Numbered from the stretch's first letter, positions 39,790 through 54,257 are shown. The stretch: 64,000 nucleotides of DNA from Octopus vulgaris (GCA_951406725.2 OX597820.1:57412001-57476000), one strand, 5' to 3'. The notes: generated by a model from the sequence alone, not told the origin. A program made the numbers and translations.

Positions 39790-39829
39790 CTAGCTTATCG
39801 GTATTTTGGCTAAGATCAAAGTGTAGTAT
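39790..39829 (+). pseudogene. U2: U2 snRNA 5' fragment (first ~40 nt)
   Basis: GCTTATCGGTATTTTGGCTAAGATCAAAGTGTAGTAT vs U2 GCTTCTCGGCCTTTTGGCTAAGATCAAAGTGTAGTAT. Confidence 0.85.
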
Positions 39830-40370
39830 ACGAAGTGTAATGTACACACACATACAAATACATGCACACACACACACACACACATACACACACACATAGG
39901 CACACACACATATATATACTTGGATGTTTATGTATACGCATATGTGTATAAATTTCTCTCTATCTATATCTATCTATCTCTTTATATACACATATATATA
40001 TGCATATATATATTTGTATATCTATACATGTGTGCGTATATTCGAATCAATATATATATAAATATATAAATATATATATGGATGGATATATTTATATATG
40101 TATATAAGTTTATATATGCATATTACACACATGTATATATATATACATAAGTGTGTGTAGGTATATGTGTATACGTGCGTACATATATATATACACACAC
40201 ACACACTTACTTTCGCCCATTGCACGCTTGATATTCATCCAATCCTGTTTAAATTACAGTATACGGTACAAAACTTACCAAACCCTTGTAGCTTTTATGG
40301 AAAGTTTTCCTGTGGTAATGTCGGTGATGGAAGTGCTAAGTGCTAAGTGCTAACAGCAACAGCAGTAGCT

Positions 40371-40444
<74 letters not shown>

Positions 40445-41649
40445 TTTTGTTAATGATGACAGTAGATGTCTTCTCGCTTCTAGTGATTGTTATTCTCGTT
40501 GTTTAACTTCAGCTCACTTCTTTCGTAACAGATCGGTACACAGAGTAGTTCCAACCATGGCCATCACGTTCTTTTCTCATTTAAAGCATAGCTAGGACTA
40601 CATCAACCTATGTGTCCGTTCTTTTTCAAAGCAATAGTTTAACTATTTCTTGCTGGTCAGACGCCTCCTCATACACGATCATTGTGTCATTAAAATCACC
40701 ATTAAAATGTAGCTTACTTCACATGTACACAATGTCGATAGGCCTGTATGATACATAGATGACTAGTTTAATTAAATACTACCTCATTTTCTAAATTGGA
40801 TTGTGTTGGTATTCTTTTTGTTGTTATCATTATTATGTTTCTGTAGTCCAATCTCACCCCTAATCAAACAGATTAAAGGCATTCTAACTACAGCCATTTA
40901 ATTTTTAGGCAAAATGCATGTATAACTATATTTTCCATTGTGCCCCTTTTTTTAAAATGGCAGTACTTCTAGCGAATACGTGTCTCATACACTCATACAC
41001 ATTCAAACTCACATATTTTATCCTCTCTCTCTCAGCTTCCGAAACCAAACAATTCCTTCACTGTTTGTCTTTATGTTTTGCTAAAGAATCACATGATTCG
41101 TGGACCCTGTGGAGAACAGAATATAACGTCGCCTTGAATGTTAAATAGACGCTATAGCAAGTTCCGTTAGTTCCGTTCATAAACATTAATCGCTGTCGAC
41201 TGTTCATCGACGAGTCCCTACTGAAGACTAAAACTGCTAGGAACAGCGTGAGTTGGAAACAGGGATATCGATGTGGATAATCGACATGTAATGCCCTACA
41301 TTGCTTGCTTGCTTGCTTAAAAAATATGAATCCTACATCAATGCTGAATGGTGTACATCTATCAAAGTTATCGATTATATATACATAAATACATGTTCAA
41401 AGGCGCAGATTATTCAGCAATTACGCTCTAAAAACAAAAATAGAAAAACAAAAAGAACTATTTCGTCTTGTTATCTGTGATGCAAGATATCATCAATAAG
41501 AAAACTGTTGGTACCTTGTATCGTCTGAATTGTGATGGAGATTTCAAATTCCGCTTTAGTAAAATGATCCTTCCTTGAATGTCTTCAGATTTACATGACC
41601 ACTCAATAACAAATATTTGATCCGAACAACACGGAAAATGCCCTTCGAC

Positions 41650-42730
41650 AAGTTCAATCAACGAAGCTCACAACTTATTTTGATAAAAACACCGAAGATC
41701 CAAGAGCGAGAAATATCCCACATTGCAACTTCCTTGAACAGTAAACGTGGTAGTCATCGAATAAAACTTAGCGAGGAACAAGACAGTCAGAAGAAATATC
41801 AGGGATCATTTGTAGAGTACGTATATTCCGTCCATTCGTCTCACGGATTCTCTCATATTTGTGCGTAAAACTTACCTTGTCAAATGATTCACTAATATTT
41901 TGATCGTAAGACTTTTATATGAAAACATTTTTGTATCTTCAGTTTCATATAAATTAATATATAATCCGGTGCAAACATTACAGACCACTTATTGTTCTGT
42001 GGAACAGGGAACAAAAGTTATGCACTGTTATTCCATCTAACGTCCAGGTAAAAGAGAACCATTATGGGGAATTAATGGGGAACTTTTACGTCTTGTATTC
42101 TGACTATGAATTCTCATTCGTACCTATCACCATAGGTGCGTTAGATCAAACACCAACAAATTTTCACAAAAGGAGTGGCTGTGTGGTAAGTAGCTTGCTT
42201 ACCAACCACATGGTTCCGGGTTCAGTCCCACTGCATGGCACCTTGGGCAAGTGTCTTCTAATATAGCCTCGGGCCGACCAAAGCCTTGTGAGTGGATTTG
42301 GTAGACGGAAACTGAAAGAAGCCCGTAATATATATATGTATGGATATATGTATGTGTGTGTGTGTTTGTTTGTGCCTGTGTTTGTCCCCACAACATCACT
42401 TGACAACCGATGCTGGTGTGTTTACGTCCCCGTAACTTAGCGGTTCGGCAAAAGAAATCGATTGAATAAGTACTAGGCTTACAAAGAATAAGTCCTGGGG
42501 TCGATTTGCTCGACTAAAGGCGTACTCCAGCATGGCCGCAGTCAAAATGACTGAAACAAGTAAAAGAGTAAAGATTATACTAGGTTTTTCGAAGGAAGAG
42601 CAAAAGAAACTGACACGGATTCTCCAAATCCAATCTATTAATGGCACAGTTGTGATTTGTAAGACATTCCAAAGATTTTTCATCTGAGTTTATTTAGATG
42701 ATTAAATGCACACACTTGGGTGTGTGCATC
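41650..42730 (+). pseudogene. Second RLE-type (R4/Dong-related) LINE relic, split by a SINE
   Basis: IQEREI; CKHYRP..VLWNREQKLCTVI; KENHYGELM..YSDYEFSFVPITIGAL | LGFSKEE..LQIQSINGTVVICKTF*; 3' hairpin at 42706-42729. Confidence 0.72.
42170..42572 (+). mobile_element. SINE family B, full length
   Basis: Homologous to 4017-4476. Confidence 0.9.
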
Positions 42731-43218
42731 GAAAACTCAATCAACATACCAACTCAACCATTATAGTTACAAACACTTGAGAAGTCACTCAACTCAAAAA
42801 GTCTTGTCGCTTTGTTAGCGACCGGCTTGAACTCTCTTCAGAAGAGCTAAAGAGCTTAAAGAAACTAAAAAAATACATGCACACACACACACACACATAG
42901 ATGTGAGCACGTATACATACATATATTATCATTTCTTCAATATGTCGGTGAGCGGGGGATGTCTTTACTTGTCTTCACACGAACTCCGCTTGGACAAAAA
43001 AACGGTTTTTGTTCATGTCCCTTGACGATAAGTAAATCGATTTCGATAAATACTATGGGTCGGATATTTATTACATTACCTTATACACATACTTATAACA
43101 GATTTCACACACTCTACAACAATAGTTTGTAGAACATTTCAATATTTAAGCATATAAATTGAAACTCACGCCTTTTGTCTGTCTGTCTCTGAATATATAT
43201 TTATGTGTGTTCGTGTTG

Positions 43219-43250
<32 letters not shown>

Positions 43251-43754
43251 TTATCTACAAATTCATAGACAGAGAGACAGTGAAAGACATCCCCACACAC
43301 ATCCCCACATACTTAAAAACACCCACATCCACCAAAACCTACCAGTAACTAGAATTAGTAATGAAATGTTCATTTATATAAATGCATGAAATTGTTAATA
43401 ATTGTGTTTACTCCCAAACTATAGATTTTGCACTGTCTGTTGACACATTAATATATCTATTTTATAATGTATATATATATATATATACATATAAATAGCT
43501 CACGTCATAAAATATTTAAATTTAATATTGATGTCTGCCTGTGTGTTTGTCGATATATCTATATGTGTGTGTCTATGTATATATATATGACGTACTATAA
43601 TATAATAATAAATATATATATTCATACACACACATATATATGTATATACATATATATACATTCATATATACATACACACCCATATATATATATATATATA
43701 TATACATACATGGATAAAATGTCATGTATGTTATCTCAATACGAGCGTGTATAA

Positions 43755-43800
<46 letters not shown>

Positions 43801-43889
43801 ATAATCATCATATATATATATGTGTGTGTGAATGTACGTATATATGTGTGTATATTGATGGATAAATAAAGACATATATTTGCACACAC

Positions 43890-43934
<45 letters not shown>

Positions 43935-44344
43935 TATATATATATATATATGTATGTATATATATAAATACAGAGAGAGAGAGAGAGAGAGAGAGGCAGC
44001 GATAGACAGAAATGGCCAAAGAGAAAGAGGGAGTGACTAAGGAGAGTATATCCGCCTGAATGCGAATCTCCTTTTCATGTAAGTCTTCATACATGCATAT
44101 GTGCGTGTACGTACTTGTATTCATATATCTATAAATACACATACACGCACATACATACATCCATCCATCCATCCATACATACATAGATACATACATACAT
44201 ACATACGCACATACATACATACATACATACATACATACATACATACATGCATACATACATCCATACATTTATATATATATATATACACTATATACATATG
44301 TATATATATATATAAAGATACGTGTATATGTACATATGTGTGTT

Positions 44345-44379
<35 letters not shown>

Positions 44380-44789
44380 CATATATATATATGTCCACAC
44401 AGACACACATATATATGTGTATATGTGTGAGTGTGTGTGCGCGTTTCTGTGTGTGTATGTTTATGCGTACGGAAATAAATCTATGATGCGTTGTTGCGGT
44501 AGTACACTGGTGGTACACTCTATTCTGAACATGTAAAACAGATTACAAGAAGAACATATAAAAATGCCCACCCAAATGAAAGTCGGTTTATTGAAATCGT
44601 TAATAACAAATGAGTTTTAAAATATTTCTATTCGGAAAAATAAATAAATAAATAAATAAATAAATGAATAAACGCAAAAACCTCAGCATCGTAATTATGT
44701 AGTCATTCTTTTCCAGAATCTTCAACGACAATAGATCTGGTGCTACAGCAAAGAAATGTCTATACTGCCTACCTCTTCCATCTTTTTGC

Positions 44790-44874
44790 CGTCGTCGTTG
44801 TCATCGTTATCATCATCGTCGTCGTCACTCCTCCCCACCACCACCACCATCACCAGTACCACCACCACCACTAC

Positions 44875-44911
<37 letters not shown>

Positions 44912-45031
44912 TTCTTCTTCTTCTTCTTCTTCTTCTTCTTCTTCTTCTTCTTCTTCTTCTTCTTCTTCTTCTTCTTCTCCTTCTTCTTCTTCTCCTTCTT
45001 CTTAACAGTAATGAAAATGATAATAATGATG

Positions 45032-45095
<64 letters not shown>

Positions 45096-45191
45096 CCTTA
45101 TCAGACGGGTAGTCATCACCACCACCACCAATACCACCACCACCACCACCACCACCAATACCACCACCACCACCACCACCATCATCACCAC

Positions 45192-45235
<44 letters not shown>

Positions 45236-45250
45236 CCATCATCATTTTCT

Positions 45251-45282
<32 letters not shown>

Positions 45283-45300
45283 TTCTTCTTCTTCTTCTCA

Positions 45301-45377
<77 letters not shown>

Positions 45378-45406
45378 AGTAATGATAATAATAATGATAA
45401 TAATAA

Positions 45407-45467
<61 letters not shown>

Positions 45468-45468
45468 G

Positions 45469-45503
<35 letters not shown>

Positions 45504-45692
45504 TTGATGATGATGATGATGGTGATGATTACTTATTGGCCACAAGGGCTGAACACAACACAAATAGGGAAATTACAATACAAGGGACATGTGGGGTGTT
45601 GGACAATAATCGGTACAGTCATTGTCGTTGTTCTTGTTGCTCTTCTTTTTGTTGTTGATTTTGTTTTGTTGTTCCTTATGATGATGATGATG

Positions 45693-45735
<43 letters not shown>

Positions 45736-45960
45736 CAAAATTGCAACGATAATCACCGCCATTTTCTTAGCCATTGTCACCACCTATGTTGTTGTCATCG
45801 TTGTCGTTGTCATCATTTGCATTAACATTGTCATCATCAAAACATCTATTTTCATTTATTTCAACAACTTTGCAAATTTCTCCTTACTATTTATAATGCT
45901 GATCACCACCACCACACCAACAACAACAACAACAACAGCAACAATAAAACAACAACGTTG
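44790..45960. repeat. Large compound trinucleotide array (CAC, CAT, CTT, AAT, ATT, GAT, CAA)
   Basis: Direct inspection. Confidence 0.95.
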
Positions 45961-47391
45961 TCATCCCCGTACCACCATTCCACCATTTCCAACATCCTTT
46001 TTATTACTGTAGCATTTTGACGTCTTTATACAATTTATTGCAGTTTTTCAAATTTTCTGTACAGGAATTTATCCCAATCTTAGAAAGCTTGCTACAATAT
46101 ATATCATCCTTAATCGCTCTCACTTCCATTCTCTGAAACTGATGGAAATCTTTACCAATTACGTTCTCCAATATTATGAGTCACTCTTCTTCCTTTGAGG
46201 TTACCATCAAGTTTTCTATTGAACTAGATCTACTTCTTATCTGAGTTTTTATTTATCAAAAATAATATCTCATTCTTGAGAATGATCTAATGATCAGCGA
46301 AGTCTTTAACTATATCTGAGATAAGCATATCTCAGTTAATCTTCCTTTATTATGGGTTTTATTTATCTTCCGTTGTGAATAGGTGTTTTTTCGCAGTAAT
46401 AGAATATATTTTTTCAGCCGTCAAATGCACTAATCAAAGTTCGCCACGAACAAGGAGAAAATAGACTGCAAAAGTCCGGCCAAGGACTTAAGATCGGACA
46501 TCTCCATAGCAATCTTTCTCCTTGGAACATTGGTTGATAACAGAGAAGTCGACCAACACATACATTTAAGAATTATTGTTAACGAGTTCCCTAGAAATAT
46601 CTTGCATACAAGCATTTAACTGTTTCAATATACACTTTATCTGTTACAAGCACACACATTTTTTGATACCTTCACATAATGTCAGCTGCATATATTCGCA
46701 CAGCATATATACTTACATACAAACAAAAGCCTCATTAAAGACATTGTTAACAATACATTTTAGCTCTACATCTCAATCAACATTTCTTCTGGGCATTTCT
46801 CTCTGGATTGTATTTATCCCTCAACAATTTTTCAAGCATAATAAATATTTATTTCGATGCCTGCAAAAAGATTCGTCGTTATTTGTTTTTCCTTCACGTT
46901 CAATCAACTCTTTACATAACACTTGTTTATACTTTTATCTAATATCAGCAACAAATCTCGTAGTTACAAATATCTTATTTTCTTTTCTTTTCGAATACTT
47001 CCTGCTAGCATGTTAATTCCTACTCAAATTTTATGCTACAGACGATAAAAATATATCTTTCGAGGTCTGCTTTCAGTATTCCCTTTTGTAAAAGCAAGTC
47101 GTTCTAACTTCAGCGTGTGATCAAAGTACGGAAGATCATCGACTGTTTGGGTGGCATTGCAAATATTTCTTTTCCAGCATCAACACCAAGAATTATCTAA
47201 GCTGCTTCATATTCTTCTATGACCATTTTTTCAGGATTGTTAGCTTTTAGGATAAAGGCTAATGAACAAATTCAAGCCTTCTCAGACATACTGGATTGTT
47301 TCAAATTAGTTTGCTTCACAATTCGTTCTTCCTGTTCCAAAAAATCTTAAGGAGTCGTTCCTCTTGATCATGTGGGAAAACAGAAGGAAAA

Positions 47392-47850
47392 TGTTGGTAT
47401 CATTATCCTTTTGATATGAATGATTGTCGTTGTAGGCTACCATATTCTTTTAGGCACGTTCTTCTCTTAAGGTACACGGAAACGCTAATGCTGGAGATTA
47501 ATTGCGTGCGTCTACATAATCTGTCACTTGTTTTTATGTCTTCGCTAATTCTTCAAAAACAGGTTTTCTTGGTACGCTAGGGTCGAATGTAATATATTAC
47601 CGCCTTCCTTTCTAAAAGACAATCAAAACCAACATCAGTCACCTAGCAAGTGGTAAACCATTCATCATTAGCTACAAATGGTGAGAAATTAATGACTCTG
47701 AATTTGAACATGGGCAACCTTTTAATGTAGGTTTTTGTCATAGCACGTCTTCCAAATTGAATCATGGGAGCTGATTTTCTTCACCATTTTAATCTTTTGG
47801 TTGATGTTAAAAATAATACAGTGATTTATACGACTATTAATTTAGTTGAT
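47392..47850 (+). pseudogene. Ty3/Gypsy gag-end and aspartic protease relic
   Basis: CWYHYPF..CRCRLPYSF; FYV..SKTGFL; GEKLMTLNL..VFVIA..IMGADFLHHFNLLVDVK. Probably extends upstream. Confidence 0.8.
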
Positions 47851-48282
47851 ATAACAGCTGGCGGTAATAAATGAGAGGAAGTTAATATTGTGTTTAATTT
47901 ACTGAGAACTCATCACCTAGTCGTTGGCCAATCTGCAAACGTAAATCTCTTGACAGATTAGTGGTTTTGTTGTCGGAGTTTCTTCTTTAAATTTCTTCTT
48001 TAAATTTACATCAACGATACACTTGGTAAAGACATGAAATGGTCTTACGATTTATTTTGTTTTATTTTTGTCGTAGTTTTTTTTATTGTTAGAAATTTGT
48101 ATTAGGCGCAGACATGGCTGTGTTTTGAAATAGATCGCTATGCAGCTACGTGGTTTCAGGTTCATCCCTACTGCGCGGCACCTTGGGCAAATGTCTTCTA
48201 CCATGGCCCCAGGCCGACCAGAGTCTTGTGAGAGGATTTGGTTGACAGAAACTGTGAAACTGTGTTTGCGCGTGTGTATGTG

Positions 48283-48333
<51 letters not shown>

Positions 48334-48844
48334 ATGCTCTAAATCGCCTGAAAGCCGATGTTGGTTTATTTATGTATTCTTAACGGTTCGTAAAGGAGAC
48401 AGATAGAAGTAATGGGATAATTTGTTCGATAAAACGCTTCAAGGCGGTACTCCAGAATGGCCGCAGTTCATTGCTTGAGACGAGTCAAAGATGCCAGATT
48501 GACTACCAGAGTCGAGTGTGTCTTTTGTATTTCCAATTTTCCTAATCACCAGTAACACGTATAGAGCCAATCGAAAATACTCACTAACTACGAAATTTTC
48601 AGAGCTGACGAGCGACCCTCACAATGGTCACTCGACCTGCTGAAAATAGTAGTCGAATTTCTCTTAGTTCTTAACCGTACTCTCAAAAACAAAAAAAGGT
48701 TACATTAGATAACAAAATCTTAGAAACAAATGATAATCATGTCTACTTGGGCTGGAATGCCCTGCAGCTAAGCAACAGTACAATAATAGCTACAAAATTT
48801 TGCTGGTCCATCATCAAAATACGTCAGTATTAAACAAACAACAA

Positions 48845-49458
48845 AGGCGGTGAGCTGGCAGTAACATTAGCACGCCGGACGAAATGCTAAGCAGTATCTC
48901 GTTCGGAGTTCAAATTCTGCTGAGGTCGACTTTCCCTTTTATCCTTCCGGAGTCGATAAATTAAGTACCAGTTACGCACTGGGGTCGATGTAATCGACTT
49001 AATCTGTTTGTCTGTTCTTGTTTGTCCCCTCTATATTTAGCCCCTTGTGGGCAATAAAGAAATAAGAAGCATTAGCACGCCGGACGAAATGCTTAGCAGT
49101 ATTTTGTCTGTCACTACGTTCTGAGTTCAAATTCCGCCGAGATCGACTTTCCCTTTCATCCTTTCGGGGTCGATAAATTAAGAACCATTTGCGTACTGGG
49201 ATCGATCTAATCAACTGGCCACCTCCCCCAAAAATTCGGGCCTTGTGCCTAGAGTAGAAAAGAATTGTTACCGCGTCGGTATGCTTAGTTATTATTATGC
49301 TTAGTGGCATTCTGAGTTCAAATGCTGCCGAAGTCGATCTTACCTTTCATCCTTTTGCGGTCGATAAAATAAGTACTAGTTGAGGATTTGGGGGTCGATG
49401 TAATCGACTTGCCACACTCTCAGAAACCGCTGGCCTTCAGCCAAAATTTGAAACCAAT
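48845..49458 (+). mobile_element. Tandem SINE family C units, preceded by a decayed SINE B at 48105-48490
   Basis: Three units with the same central domain as 31171-31746. Confidence 0.85.
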
Positions 49459-49801
49459 ACTAAACAAAGGTAAAAAAAAAGTTTCTCTTGTCTTAGATGT
49501 CTGAGACTGGGACAGGATACCAGACAATAAGGGCTTCTTCACTAAATCAGTAAATAAAATCACAAACTCTTTCACTGTTATTTGTGGCTGATATAGGTTT
49601 TCAATGCGCTAGAAAATCCAATATACTACTTGAGTTAATCATGTCAATGTTGCTTCATTTTGTGTTATTTATCGTGTATAGATATTGAGATGGCAGTTGT
49701 AAATTAAAATCTTTTGAAAATTCTTTCGCTTTCAACTGACAGCATAGTATGGCGTGAATAGTTTCTCTTCTTCCGTGTACGAAGAGATGTACGTATGTAT
49801 G

Positions 49802-49846
<45 letters not shown>

Positions 49847-49859
49847 GTATATATATATG

Positions 49860-49890
<31 letters not shown>

Positions 49891-49900
49891 GTATATATTA

Positions 49901-50046
<146 letters not shown>

Positions 50047-50178
50047 TGTATGTATACAATGTGAGTCAGCTGAAATGAAGTAACTATTAATACATTACAG
50101 CAATGTCTTATACAAAATACGTGTAAATTGATATCGGAAACAAATGATTATTTATGTTTGTATGTACACGTGTGTGTT

Positions 50179-50228
<50 letters not shown>

Positions 50229-50736
50229 TGTGTGTGTGTGAGTATCTTTGTATGATTGCGTTTATGTATAGTTGCATGTGAGTATGCCGAGTATAAAATG
50301 AAATAACTTCATATATAATACAAAATGTATTACATATAATACGTGTTCCAGGAAAAAAGCTAATTAATGTGTGTGTGTGCGTGCGAGCATGTGTCTGTAC
50401 ATATGTGTGTATTTGCGTGTGCGTGTGTATCTGCATCTCTGTGTGTTTAAGTGTGTGAGTGTACGTATGCAAATTATAATACATCATTTGATAACATGCT
50501 ATCATAAACATACCAAAATAAAAGCAGTAGAGACTAATTTAGTTTTCCTTGCAAACTGAAGGTGCGGAGCCGGTTTCAATTCCCGCTTCTAGTTATTTCA
50601 CCTATTTTTCATCATGTTTGCTAAGTCCTGACTATGCAAATCTATGACTAAAGGCATTCCAAGAGTTAGCACCCGCTTTCGCATAACATAGTATCAAGAA
50701 CTTCATTATCAATTGCTGTACTTAAGATAAATAAGC

Positions 50737-51157
50737 TCTTTTACTCTTTTACTTGTTTCAGTCATTTGATTGCGGTCATGCTGGAGCACCACCTTTAGTC
50801 GAGCAAATCGACCCCAGGACCTATTCTTTGTAAGCCTAGTACTTATTCTATCGGTCTCTTTTGCCGAACCGCTAAGTCACGGGGACGTAAAAACACTAGC
50901 ATCGATTGTGAAGCGATGTTGGGGGGACAAAAACAGACACACAAACATATATACACCTCGTGTGTACCGTTAGCGATTTTTTTCTTCTGTCTTCCCTTCT
51001 CGGGATCTTTCCTTCTCCTATGTTTCCGACGAAGAGCTCCGCTCGAAACGTTAAACCCTCCTTCTTCCCTTCTTTCCTGAGCGTCCGATAATACTGTATT
51101 TGTTCTACGTCCTCGCGTTGTTGTGTTTTCTCTTTGTGTTTTCTTGTTTGGATTAAC

Positions 51158-51201
<44 letters not shown>

Positions 51202-51348
51202 TACGACGAGCGCCTTTCAGTTTCCGTCTACCAAAACCACTCAAGAGGCTATAGTAGAAGACATTTGCCCACAGTGCCACGCATTGGGACTGAACCCGAA
51301 ACCATGTGGCTGGTAAGCAAGCTACTTACCCAACAGCCACTCCTGCGC
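50737..51348 (-). mobile_element. SINE B with an H1 Penelope-type repeat (50960-51158, +) inserted in its microsatellite
   Basis: Both SINE halves flank a copy of 7247-7445. Hammerhead-like motif at 51022-51056. Confidence 0.82.
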
Positions 51349-52041
51349 CTATTTTCCCAAAATAAAGCTGCATATTTTCCCCTAAAACATGTAACAAAGA
51401 TCACCTTAAGTCCTCTATGCGAAGTTGGGCCTTCCATAAATCTTTAATGCACAAAAACATATTTCTTTCCTGAATATGCTCCACTGAAATCGGTGATGCG
51501 TTTAATTTTGCCTGTACAACTTTTATCTCAAGATGTTTTATGGTATGATTTAAAGATTTGGTCTCTACTCTCTTGAGAACCGAGAGATACTATAGTGGTT
51601 CTCTTGAGGAGTGCAGAAACATAACTTTCCTGTCATAACGGGTGGTAACACCTTGATCAACGATGGATTAATTTAGTCGCTGATCACAGAAAGGCCTTGC
51701 AATTCCCACATGAAGAACAAGATAGAAACGAGAAATTCGGAGTGACAACGAAATGAAGTCTGAGCTTCGAATAAAATGTAAACAGCGTAACACACACGCA
51801 CGCGCACGCACACACACAAACACACACACACACACACACACACAAACACTCACACACATACACACACACGTCTCTGTCCTTCTGTTGTAACAAAAATGGC
51901 TTTTCCGTTTTCGTTTCTGTTGAGTTTTACGTCTTTTTGTGGTGTCCTGTACGTATATATATTTATATATGCATGTATATATACATGTAGATGTCGGTAC
52001 GTACATATATGTTTGTATGTATGCATATATTTTATTTATTA

Positions 52042-52087
<46 letters not shown>

Positions 52088-52527
52088 TGTTGATGTAGTC
52101 GTATTCTAAACGCTAACCTTATTTCCTTTTTTTGTACACGTATTTTTGTCAGTAGCAATGAAGATTTAAAATCTACAATATAGCATTGCAATACACAAAC
52201 TAAGACATGATCAACAAGTTATAATTATCTTCTCGTTTAGCATCATTTTTATTATTATTTTCTTTTTTTTAAATAACAACCTTTGATCTTGATAAAAGCT
52301 TCACACGTTCTTGACATTTTATCAAGTACTTACGTTAGATAAGACCGCGCGCTATGTTCCTAACAGTGTTGGACTGAAGATGCTCAAACGCATATTGGAC
52401 ACGTTAGAAGCTATTAACAGTTCATTCATTTGTTCGATTTTTGATTTTCCGACTCTCTATCCGTTGCTCTGTTCATTCAGACACGCACCGTGTTCCTCAC
52501 TTTAATACTGTTTTAATATATTCGAAA

Positions 52528-52925
52528 CTAGCAGTATCGCCCGGCGTTGCTCGGGTTTGTAAGGGAAATAACTGTATAAGCATTTTTAGAGATGTAAAGT
52601 ATAATAGCCATCTCAATATGGCTAACCACAAAGGGGAGGGTGTTACTGTAGCTTTTTACGTTCTGAGATTTAATAATAAATTTTTAGAGAGTTACTTCCC
52701 TTATATATGCCAAAAATGCATTAAAAATGGGAAAAATTGATGGTAAATTTTTTTTTTAAATCGTAGACTCATCGTAGACGCGCGCTAATACCCAGAAGGG
52801 CTCGATATGAATCACGACTATAAGATACCCGGTTTTGGCTAAACTGCACCGCAAAATGTGGGAGTAGTTAGGAATCTAAATCGTAGGAGACAGACAGCAC
52901 ACAACCTCACTTTTATATATAAAGA
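52528..52925 (-). mobile_element. Non-autonomous Helitron
   Basis: Minus strand starts TC and ends CCCGAGCAACGCCGGGCGATACTGCTAG; A|T insertion site. Confidence 0.88.
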
Positions 52926-52965
52926 TTAGAAATGTTAGTGTTAAAACGTTACACATCTTTTAGAT

Positions 52966-53315
52966 CAATGGTTTTCAACCATGTTTTTTTTTGTTTTGTT
53001 TTGTAATGGACTCTTTTGATTTCTATTTTTCTCGCGTGGACCCTCATAACCAAATCTATATTATTAGAATTTGTATTAAAAAATTACAAAAATATTGTGT
53101 ATTGTAGAAATATAAGCGGCTAATTGCACCTAAATTTTGACAACAAAACCTTATATAGACTCTAAAGGGTCATACGGACCCCCAAGGGTCATACGAATCC
53201 CCAAAAGTCATATCGACCTCCAAGAGTCATACGGACCCCCAAGAGTCATACGGACCCCCAAAAGTCATACAGGCCCCCAAGAGTCATACGGATTCCGAAG
53301 GGTTGAGAACCATTG
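52966..53315 (-). mobile_element. hAT/Charlie-type MITE with an internal ~20-bp tandem repeat
   Basis: CAATGGTTTTCAACC...GGTTGAGAACCATTG; about seven copies of AAGAGTCATACGGACCCCC at 53160-53298. Confidence 0.8.
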
Positions 53316-53612
53316 TTGGTCGATTCAAGTAAAACAAACTGTGCAAAACACACACAGACCTGCACACACATGGAGACAGAGGTGCATACATATACAAACA
53401 CACGCTCACACACATACATAGAAAATACACAGATACGGACATGCAAGCACATGAATATGCAGAATACATACATACAGATGCACACACATACATACATATA
53501 TACATGTGCATGCAGACACATATATACATACACACACGTGCGTGCATACATACATACATACATACATACATACATACACACATATATACATACGTACATG
53601 CATGAATGCATA

Positions 53613-53656
<44 letters not shown>

Positions 53657-54039
53657 CGCACAAGCAAACAAAAAGGAATGCAGTGTAAATAACGGACAGA
53701 GTCAAGACTATTGAAAAGGTTGCAAGACGCAACGAAAATTTTAGGAAAATAAAAGAAATGTGTGGAAATTTTACCGGTGAGTGTATGGCACAAAAAGAAA
53801 ATGACTCTCCCCAGACACAGAATAATTGTTTGTAATTTGAGAACAAAGCCATAAATTTTGAAGGGTTGGCGTTAGACAATTAAACTGATCCCACCCAGTA
53901 CAGACATACCTCAACTTACGTCGTTTCGAGTTGCATCATTTTCGATTTCAAGTAGTTTTATAAGAAACTGATTGAAAAAAAATAAACATCAACTTCAGTC
54001 GGTTTATTCCGATTTTACATCGGTTTCATCGAACATAAA

Positions 54040-54190
54040 GAGTGGCTATGTGTTAAGTAGCTTGCTTACGAACTACATAGTTCCGGGTTCAGTCCCACTG
54101 CGTGGCACCTTGGACAAATATCTTCTACTATAGCCCCGGGCCGACCAAAGCCTTGTGAGTGGATTTGGTAACTGAAAGAAACCCGTCGTA

Positions 54191-54248
<58 letters not shown>

Positions 54249-54257
54249 CGTGTGTGT

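Noticed and set aside
42780-42860. Hammerhead on the minus strand (CTGAAGA..)
   Set aside because: No GAAA or cleavage triplet at the right spacing. Similar partial hits near 18990, 43020 and 52373 are also too decayed to call.
44740-45752. Long homopolymer ORFs (poly-H/L/N/T/I/F)
   Set aside because: Stop-free frames of trinucleotide arrays with no domain or splice evidence.
46576-47016. 146-aa non-repetitive ORF
   Set aside because: Non-ATG start, no recognisable motif, adjacent to a Gypsy relic; probably a chance frame.
53160-53298. CRISPR-like periodic repeat
   Set aside because: Contiguous tandem units without unique spacers, eukaryotic context, no cas genes.
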